From NCBI RefSeq assembly GCF_009914755.1, contig NC_060938.1: 64,000 nucleotides of DNA, one strand, 5' to 3'. Position 1 is the first letter of the stretch. Each line of letters opens with the position of its first letter. The translations under genes and the position numbers were made by a program. The notes below the pieces were generated by a model, which was given only the letters and a program-made list of their open reading frames with translations, made no database searches and was not told where the DNA came from. This document shows positions 54,820-64,000 of this stretch, piece by piece. This DNA is from the human T2T-CHM13v2.0 reference genome, Homo sapiens.

Positions 54820-55735
54820 GATCAGGAACAAATCCTAATTAATTGTAGAAACAGCATCTCCCTTGCTGGTGATGGGTGAAATGAGGGCATGTAACCCGAT
54901 GTGGCCGATGAACTGTGAGGAGATATCCTCTTGCTCTTTCTGGGAAATAGTTCCTTTCTTATTAAAAGAGACACAAAGAGGAGATGCCTCTTTGTTATGA
55001 GTTGAACTGTGTCTCCTAAAAGATTTATACACATCCTAACCCCTGGTACTCCAGAACATGACCTTGTTTGAAAATAGGATCATTACAAATAAATTTAGTT
55101 ACGATGAGGTCATAGGGTAGAGGGCCCTAACCCTGTATGACTGGTGTCCTTCTAAGCAGGGGAAAGAGAGACAGAGAGAAGAGCACCATGGGAAGACAGG
55201 GACACACAGGGAGAAGACAGCCATGTGATGGTGGAGGCACGGATTGGAGTGATCTATCTGCTAGCCACAGAACACCAAGGATCACTGGCAAACCCTGGAA
55301 GCCAAAGAGGTAAGGAACAATTTGCTCCTACAGGTTTCAGAGGAAGCACGGCCTGCTGAACACCTTGATTGTGGACCACTAAAGTCCAGAATTGTGAGAC
55401 AACCTGTTTTTGTTGTTTTAAGCCACTCCGTTTGTGGCACTTTGTTATAATAGCTCTAGGAACCTAATTTCTCTCTCATTTACAGGTCTCTGTAGAATGC
55501 CAGAACAGATGCAGCCATGCAGAACTTCGAGAGAAGCTGACCTGGGGCCAGTCTATCTGCTATGGAAGGCAGAGAGAACGCAGAAGGAACCTGCATTCCT
55601 GGTTCCTTGACTGAGCCAATGTCCTAATTTTCCAGAGCCTCCCTGCCATCTGGTTCTTTGCAGTGTGGTGTCATAACCTGCCCTGTCCACTTGGGTCAGG
55701 GATCCTTTCATTTACTGGAGAAAACATTCTAACTG
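54820..55735 (+). mobile_element. MLT1K/L-type LTR, split by MLT1C
   Basis: CCCTTGCTGGTGATGG ... GGGCATGTAACCC ... GGCAGAG ... GAAGGAACCTG ... CATTCTAACTG. Confidence 0.55.
54993..55469 (+). mobile_element. MLT1C MaLR solo LTR
   Basis: TGTTATGAGTTGAACTGTGTC ... TGACTGGTGTCCTT ... TGTTGTTTTAAGCCAC ... CTAGGAACCTAAT. Confidence 0.85.
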
Positions 55736-57766
55736 CTCTGATTAGGTTGATGCTGCCTGGTCACACCATCAGGAGAGCCCTTTTCACTTGAAACTATACA
55801 AAGACAACAAAAGAAGGCTTTGATAATTACTATCCTCCTGTTCTTTATGAGAACTTTACCTGATTACTCAACATTCTGATGCACAGTGAGTTCAATCTTC
55901 CTCTCCATTTTCTACCCTAAAATAACACATATTACTGGGGATTTACACCTATGCTGGGCCACTCTGGCTTCTCTACTGTTTTCTGAGTCTGTACTCTCCC
56001 AGTACCTCTGCACCATACTGGAAAGGGCTCGTTTGCTTCAGTGCCTTCATGTATTAAGCCACACTGTACTCAACACTTGCTTAAAATGTATGCTTTAGTA
56101 GAGTACACTTACACAGCCAGTGTTACTTCCCCATTTATCCTCTGTGAATGGCCAGCTCTCTGCTTGATGTGTTAGTAACAGACATGCTGGGACTATGGAC
56201 TGAATTGTCTCCAAACTTGATGCCCATGTGTCTTCTTGGTTCCATTCTCTCTGTTTGGGAACAATGTCCTAAAGAGTCTGGGTAACTGGAAGGACAGTCT
56301 AATCCCCTCTTGAATGAAAGAAGCATCTCTTGCTCTGGGCTGCCATGGGCAATTGATCCACTGTTGAGGAGATGAATAGCATTGCCCAGGTCAGTGAGTG
56401 ATGTTACTTGTGTGCTAGCGTCAACCATACCCCACCCACAGCTCTACTCCAAACATTGAATCTCAGGAGGTACTGGGACACATGGCTACTTAATTATTTT
56501 ATGGCCAGTGTGTGCTACCCACAGTGCCGTATAGTAAGAATATCATTATTCATTGAATGTGAACATGATGCCATGCATCTTGCTAAGGACTTCACATGGG
56601 TAATAGAGAGAAAATTGCTGCAATAAAATAAATGTGGTAAGTACTGTCATTATCCACCATTTACAGATGCAAAGACTGAGCCACGGTGAGGTTGAGTAGC
56701 CTACCCAAAATAACACAGGCGGTATGTGGTTGAGCTCAGTGTTGGTATTTCCTAGATATATATTGCAATATAAATGGAACCAGAGAAAGCAGAAGTAACA
56801 GGCAGCAGAAGAGAGGAGAGAGCTAGGAGAGAAAGGAATCACTGTAAGCCAGGAACTGTGCTCTGAGTGTGAAGAAACAGAAAAAATCTAGGGGAAGGAG
56901 AGACAGGCTTGAGAGGTCTGGCTTGAATAGTTGCTGGGATTTCTGGGTTCTCGTGAGAGGGAGACTCATTTTATTCATAAATTAAAGGGCATGAGAAAAA
57001 CTACAGGGCTGGAAGGGCTGGAAACCCCTGAGTTACACAGACCTTCTGAATATAAATTGGATGGGAGAATTAACATTCTTAAATGCTCACTGTATCAGGC
57101 ACCATGCTGGGTACCTTAGAAGCACTAACTCATGTCTCTCCATTTGCCTGGGGCACAGGAGAGTTGAGAGAGTTCCTCAAAGTGTTCCAGCCAGGGAGGG
57201 GCAGGGAAAGGGTCAGGACCCAGGCTGGCCTGATGCCAGAGGCCACCTTTCCCCACCATGTCAGCCACCCACAAAGAGAGCATTTCCCACTGTCTAGGTT
57301 CTGCACACAGCTGCCTGGGTACATTGCATATGGGGGGTCCCCATGGGGAGCTCCTGATACTGAGTCTTTCCTGCCTGTTTCCATTTCCCCTGGGGTTCAG
57401 CTACAACATGCCAACCTTCTTCCTCTCAGCCCCTTGCCCCAGGGCCTAGGGGCCTTGGGGAGAATCCAAGCTCAGCATCAAGACAAGCAATAATGGTCTT
57501 CAGTGGGGTGTCAGAGAAAAGCAAGTTCACCCATGCAGTCACTTCTGGACCAAGACACCTCTGCCATGGGCTTTCCATTTCATCTCTCTGTGTCCAAGCA
57601 GTAGTTAGACAGATAGCTTCATTGAGATTCGCTCTTCTTTTTCACTCATATTTGACTTTTCTCTCCTATTTTCTTATCCCCTCCTTATTCTCTCCTTGGC
57701 ATCAGTAGATTCTCAATAAAAATAGTATTTCTCTTTTTTATTCTCAATAAAAAGAGTATTTCTCTT

Positions 57767-57925
57767 ACAAAATAAGAATGTAAAAGCTCAATTAAAGGCG
57801 AATGGTAAACAAATTCTTACATAGTCACATAATCACAGTTGGCCATAAAATGTTGAGTTGTAGAATAATTTGAACACTTGCCAAATTTTACTAACCACAG
57901 TTGAGTGATGGAAGTACAATGCAAA
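57767..57925 (+). repeat. Dispersed direct duplication, copy A
   Basis: aligns to 60034-60193; first 108 bp differ at 3 positions, last 51 bp at 13. Confidence 0.95.
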
Positions 57926-58097
57926 CAAAAAAAATAATATTTCCTTTCTCTTCTTTAATTGCTCTTTATGCTTACAAAATATGCTGAGGACACTGGGGAG
58001 AAAAACACGGTCCAACTTATCTCTCAGGTAGATGCTTATCTCTCAGGTAGATGGTAAATTGACAGAGAGAGAGAGACAGATAATGGTGAATGGACAG

Positions 58098-58422
58098 ACA
58101 GATGGATAGTTAGATCAATAGAGAATGGAGGATGGATGGACGGATGGATGGATGGGTGGGTGGATGGATGGATGGATGGATGGATGGGATAAGTAGATGA
58201 ATAGGTAGATAGAGATATAGATAATGTATGGATAGAAAGATGGATGGATGGATAGAAAGATGGATGGATAGATAGATAGATAAATAGATAGATAGACAGA
58301 TAACAAATGAATGGGTAGAGACTGGATGACAGATGATGGATGGATGGATGGGTGGATGGTTGGAAGGATGGATGGATGGATGGATGGATGGATGGATGGG
58401 TGGATACATGAGATAGATAGAT

Positions 58423-58466
<44 letters not shown>
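58098..58466 (+). repeat. Compound (GGAT)n/(GATA)n microsatellite
   Basis: directly visible, about 370 bp. Confidence 0.95.
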
Positions 58467-59789
58467 TAGGTTTACATACATATATCTTTATCTGTCTATC
58501 TTGCTATTTATTTATCTATCTGGTGGAATTTGAAATATTTGTGTGATCCAGGCACCTATCTTTAAAAAGGATGGAGTACTTGACCTTCCATCCTTGTCCC
58601 ATGGCCCTTCTTCCTTTGCTTGTTCAGTCAAGCCAAATCCCACCACGTCTCTATCATTGTAAAACTTTTCAGGGAGAAAACCTCAATGGAACCAGGGAAA
58701 GCATACCTACCAGGTCTTTTACTTTTACTTTTTTTTTTTAAGGTTGAGTTCCACACACTGTTGGTGGCACCTAAAAAACCACTGCCACCAGTTGAAAAGT
58801 TAATTATGGATTACCCCTTGAAATAAAATACAAGTTTTATTAGAAGTGGAGGGATAAATCAAAACAGCTGGAGGGGGAATGCCATGAAACTGCTATGACG
58901 AAGCCCATGATGTTCTACTTAGAGTAAACATTCTTTTTATTTTATTTTTTTTAAGTCCTGGGTCTGCTGTGTAGAAAGTCATCATCGCTTTCATGTGGGA
59001 CAAAAGAGGATTTGGCAAGGGAATTTCCTTAAATCTGTGCATTGAAAATGCAGCTTATGGGAGCCTAAAGAAAATACGTTTTGCTTTTTCTTACAGTGGG
59101 TGCCTCTTAATTGTGACTTTTATAAACCCCTTCTGTAGCTATCATAACCATCCAATTATCTAACTTCATTTTCGTATGATTAAAAGAGCCTCTCTTGCCG
59201 AACATATGACAATTATTAGAACGTTTCTAAAATCTTTTTTTCTAGTGATATGAAACTCCTGTAGATAAAATAAGTCTTGATTTATACAATCCTCAAGTAC
59301 ATGTGAATGTTATATCTATAAATAAATACTCCATAGTAGATGCAAAATCCCTTTATAAGTAACAATACATTGGCATATTCATTGACCAAAAAGCCTTGTG
59401 ATGTTAATGTTAACAAAATTAAACTTCAGCCATTTCATTCAACTAGTAATTCCTGAGTTCTAAGGACTAGGCACTATGCTAGGCAGGGAAGCTATATATG
59501 TATGTGTGTCTGTGCCTATGTGTGGACAAGTGTGTGTGTGCCTTTTTCTTCAAGAGTTCATATTATCATGGGAAACTATAGATAAATCAACAGAGGAATA
59601 AAGCTAAGGTTGATAGAGAACTTTCTATATGCCAATTTCTATTCTATGCACTTTACATCTAGTATCCCATTTAACTCTCACGTCAGCTCTAAGGGGAAAG
59701 TATTGCTATCTTTACCTTAGAAATGAACACCCTGAGAGTATAGTGGGAAGGCGAATTGTTTATGTTCCCTAGAGAGTGACTGATTTAGC

Positions 59790-60390
59790 TAGGGTAGATA
59801 ATAAAACATATATCACAAAATATCATACATAAAATAATAGACATCTATTTACATATCAAAGTCATAATATAAAAAGCCATGGATTTTAATTTGAAGAATT
59901 GAAAAAAGCTTCAATGAAGAGAAAATTCCCAGGGAGGTAGTGAAAAGGATGACTGAACAGATAAAAATATTTTACGAAGAAGGAATGAAAAATAGGGAGA
60001 AAAGTAGGCATTGCATTACTTTTAATAAAAACAACAAAATAAGAATGTAAAAGCTCAATTAAAGGTGAATGGTAAACACATTCTTACATAGTCACATAAT
60101 GCACAGTTGGCCATAAAATGTTGAGTTGTAGAATAATTTGAATGTTTGAAAAATTTTACAAACTAAGGTTGACTGAAGAAAGTACAATGTAAAATTTTGT
60201 ATTAAATATAATCACCATAATGCAAATAAACACAAGCACACACACAAAATTATAAAAGAAGATAGAGTGTTTGCCTTGTTGTAAGATTATGGCTGATTTG
60301 TATTTTCATCTCTATTATTCTGTAGTCCAACTATTTTTATTCATTGTGTCCAGGTATTTCTTTTATAATCTGAAAAAGCTATAAAATATG
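59790..60390 (+). mobile_element. Old L1M (L1ME/MC-type) 3' relic containing copy B of the duplication
   Basis: A-rich; AATGGTAAAC ... ATAGTCACATAATG ... GATTATGGCTGATTTGTATTTTC ... TTTTATAATCTGAAAAA tail. Confidence 0.5.
60034..60193 (+). repeat. Dispersed direct duplication, copy B
   Basis: aligns to 57767-57925. Confidence 0.95.
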
Positions 60391-60840
60391 AAATTATGAA
60401 AGATTGATGGACCTTAAATGTATTGTCATCATTTTCCTGGCTTTAAGTTGCAAGAACTTACACCATTCAGACATTTGTTGTATAGCCAAAGCACAAGTTT
60501 AGACAGAAAGCATCAGTCTGACTCATACCATGTGCTTCCCTTGGCCCACAGAATGTTAGGGTACAGTAGTCTGGAAAATGTACATTAAGGTTGTTTTCTG
60601 CCTGTGGTGCTTTAGTGCATGGAGGTAACATGAGTGAAGTATTGAGTGTAATCATGATTATAAGTGACATAATATTATAGAACTAAGCTATGGAGAGGGT
60701 AGAAGGAATGGGAAATTCTATAGATTTCTATGACTATTAGGATATTAGGCTATGATCATGGAGGTTTTCAACGGAACGTGGAATCAGAAGATGTTACTTT
60801 AAATTCCAGACCACCATGTTGAGACAATTGCCTGAACTCC

Positions 60841-60935
60841 CTCTCTCTCTCTCTCTCTCTCTCCCTACCTCTCCCTTCCTCCCTCCCTCTCTCTCCCTAC
60901 CTCTCCTTCCTCCCTCCCTCTCTCTCCCTTTCTCT
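60841..60935 (+). repeat. (CT)n and polypyrimidine tract with an internal ~34-bp tandem unit
   Basis: CTCTCTCCCTACCTCTCC(C)TTCCTCCCTCC occurs twice. Confidence 0.9.
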
Positions 60936-61962
60936 GTAGTCTCCCACTTGTTCTCCCTCTTGGAAATGATTTTCTTATGGTCAGAGATTTAACTCAAATC
61001 TCACTGCTAGTTAGAGGCAACCTGGACTCACCTCCCATTGCCTTTCTGCAATCCATTAGTGTGATCTGGCAATGCACTCCTTCCTTTGTTAGTATTTCTT
61101 TTCATTCTCCTCCTGCCTTTTAAAACCATTCATGTTCTAGAGCACAGGTGACACATTCTGAGCTCAGTTTCTGCACCATTTTTCAAACTTCATGGAATGC
61201 CTCTTCCCCACTAAGGCAAGGCATTCCTGAGTAATGAGTGGAAAAAGCTTTCCTGAGTCTATTTTTCAAGTTAAATAGAAGTTAGGCCTTGCAAACAATA
61301 ATGACTTATCTGAAACCAATTCTTGCCCAGTTTGGAAAGACTACATGGGGAATTGTATTCAATAGCTGGAAACATCCAGTAGAATTGAATCTGGTGTTAA
61401 GTCAGGCTTGCAGAGTGCTTGGTAATGTAAAATTTAGCTTCATATTACAAAATCACTAAAGTTTTTTTTTTAACTGTTTTACTAGTGTAGAGTTTTGAAC
61501 CAATGTTAAAACGTCAGCAATACAAAAAGATGAATCTTAACCTGGTAGGGAGAACATGCCGCTGATCAGAATTTCTGTGAGAACAGATGCAGAACCTAAA
61601 AGAAAATTCAATATTAAGTTTTCTTTAATTCGTGTAACAATTTTTAATTTGTATAAATTCTAAATTGTATTAATAGTAATAATAGCAATTTATATTTGGT
61701 CATAATATTTAATTTCTTGGAAATTTTCGAATAGAAATCAGGATGATCAAGGTGAAGAACAACACAATTTTATGTCTGAATTGCACTTTACAATTCTCAA
61801 AGCACTTAATTTATAAATTAATTATTCCTCAAATTAAAACACGAGAGGACATAAAATTCTTATTAGATTCTTGTTTAACTAAAAGGAACATGGATTATAA
61901 ATCAGGAGAAAGAGTGACATACAGAGGATTTCTAGGGCTTGCCTTTTTACAGTTCATTTATG

Positions 61963-62048
61963 CATCCATCCACTCATCTATACATCCATCCATCCATTCA
62001 TCCTTGTATCCATCCAAACATCGAATCATCCACCCATCCATTTATCCT
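61963..62048 (+). repeat. Degenerate (CCAT)n microsatellite
   Basis: directly visible. Confidence 0.85.
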
Positions 62049-62969
62049 TTCTTTTACTGCTATGCCTATATATCTTTATACCTTTTCTCTTTTTGCATAT
62101 ATATAACCGCATGTGTGTGCCTATGTATGTGTATAATTTTTAATAGGCATATATAGAACACTTAGGGTCTTTGTCCTCACAGAGCACAGTCTAGTGATCT
62201 AATGGCTGGGACATTGTTGGCTGAACTGGAATGTGGATATCAATGTGCTCTTTTCCCACTGATTTGGCGTCTCCCTTTGGGATTTGGGATATCCTGTGGA
62301 TATGGCAGATATCCTCAACTTAATAGCCATAATGCTGGAAATGTTCCAGTGAAATTACCTGAAGGAAACAAGGCCAGGCTAATGTGGATGACTTGGTAAG
62401 GAAGAGACTAGATCAGTTTTTTTTTTCTTTTCATTTTGTGTTGTTTTTTTGTTTTCTGGAGAAAAATGTACACATTGCCTCCAGATAACAAAACAAAAAT
62501 TATATCAGTCCATTGCATTGTACTGCATTATGCACTTTTAAAACACCTCTCCAGCCATTATTTATTCAATCAATGAGACATTTGGTCAGAGTTCATTACA
62601 TGAACTTACTGTGTACATGGGGTTGGCCTTATCCATGCTCTTATAGAACTGAACTCAAAGGAGATGAACACATAAATCATGAGGAGAATGAGTAGGAGTA
62701 TTGACCACTATATTGGCCATGATATGACTCTGGGGTCATCTCAGAAACCATGTGCTTCATCAACCACTGGGTGCCAGAGATCATCGGTGTGTGGAGAGGC
62801 TCAAGGAGGCTTCCCTGAGAGCCTCCTGAGACACAAGCAGACCTCAGGCCATCTGACCTAATTCATAGGTTGGGTCAGAGGGTCATGGGTAGGCAAAGTG
62901 ATGTGCACACAGGCAGTGCTTGGCCACAAGGTTTCACATAAGCTAGCAGAAATAGTTTACACTTTGATT

Positions 62970-63180
62970 TGGGGACCAGACAGAACTAAAGTCCAATCTT
63001 GTCTTTACATACTTTCAGAGCTGGGGCCTTGATTAAAGGCCCTCAACATCTCTGAGTGTGTATAAAATGAGAAGAAAGCACTTTATCTGTGAAGGATATC
63101 AGAAGGCTTGGAAATAATGCATGCATAACACTGAGCTTAATGTCTAGCATAGAGCAGACACTTACTAGACTGTAGCTCAC
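62970..63180 (+). mobile_element. MIR SINE
   Basis: CCAGACAGA ... CTCTGAG ... TATAAAATGAG ... GAAATAATGCATGC ... TGTCTAGCATAG. Confidence 0.6.
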
Positions 63181-63639
63181 AGCACATGCAGGTTCATTAA
63201 CCAAAGCCCCTCACCTGAGCAGACCAATACTCACAGCTGCTGCTTCTCTCAGCTCTGATCCTCTAACTTATTTTCCAGCCTTTGAGTTCTTTCTCAAATC
63301 AAATGGTCTTTATATAGCTTCCCTGGGCCACAGATTCTGTTTATCTATTCTGCTTCTAGCCTTCCTCGGTAGAAATTTAGTTCCCTCCAGCCCCAGAGGT
63401 TTGGAAGGGTGTGGTTGAGGGTTGCACTAATATCCTGTGGGCAATAGCTTCACTGAGCTTGACTACCCATTGCAAGGAGAATCCAATACATCTTGAGTAC
63501 ATTCACATAAAACATCAGCAAAATTAGTTTCATTCCTTTTTAAAAGACAGGAAACAATTTAAGAGTTAACCTACCTAAAAGATACACAGCTAGGAAGGAG
63601 TGGAGTTTAGCTGTTACCCTAAGTCTCTCTAAGAGACTT

Positions 63640-63790
63640 AGTACTAGTCTGCTGGCAGCACTGGATTTCCAGTCTAGTAGTTTGAAAAGCACATCATATA
63701 TAGATTTGTACATTGCTGCACATGTAGTGGACCTGGATTTGGATGATATCCAAATCACACACGACAATTTTAGTAAAAGAGGTGGCTCTT
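63640..63790 (+). mobile_element. Possible L3/CR1 reverse-transcriptase relic
   Basis: reads AAHVVDLDLDDIQITHDNF, weakly like the CR1 RT motif VDVIYLDF.KAFD.V.HD. Confidence 0.3.
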
Positions 63791-64000
63791 TGCTCCAGGG
63801 AATTTGTAGTATCACTGAGTGAACAGAACATGAAATCAGGAAAGAGGAAACAAAGTTTTATTGAGACAAAGCAACACCCAGAAAGCTCACTTGATCCAGG
63901 GAACCTGAACATGATAATGGTGGTACTTGTCAGGACTTGGAGCAGCAGGTGCAAGATTTAGTGGGTTGGTTTTAGAATATCTGCTTGGAAAGTGGAAAAA

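Noticed and set aside
57709-58053. Short direct repeats as a possible CRISPR-like array
   Set aside because: Only pairs of unrelated repeats, no constant repeat with regular spacers, no cas genes, mammalian context.
58110-58481. IHPS/IYLS repeat ORFs
   Set aside because: Translations of the GGAT/GATA microsatellite.

Overview
This is non-coding primate genomic DNA, very probably human: it contains an Alu carrying all six AluYg6 diagnostic substitutions. A large part of the window is recognisable interspersed repeat. It holds 8 Alus, many MIR/L2/L3 relics, HAL1 and L1M/L1P fragments, MaLR and ERV1 LTRs, hAT and Tc1/mariner MITEs (MER3, MER53, MER58, MER1A, MER91A, MER102, Tigger2b, Tigger4b, MADE1) and microsatellites. 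I can support no protein-coding gene, tRNA, rRNA, CRISPR array or CpG-island promoter, and the ORFs I could trace derive from repeats or look like chance. Between the repeats lie several TE-free, homeodomain-motif-rich islands, as expected in the gene desert or large intron of a developmental regulator, plus a few strong splice signals that could be lncRNA exons. The most distinctive structure is a 159-bp dispersed duplication (57767-57925 vs 60034-60193) with junction microhomology, adjacent tandem duplications and an abrupt step in identity. I did not find a convincing new biological system. Family assignments come from recalled consensus sequences without alignment software, so the edges of old repeats are approximate.
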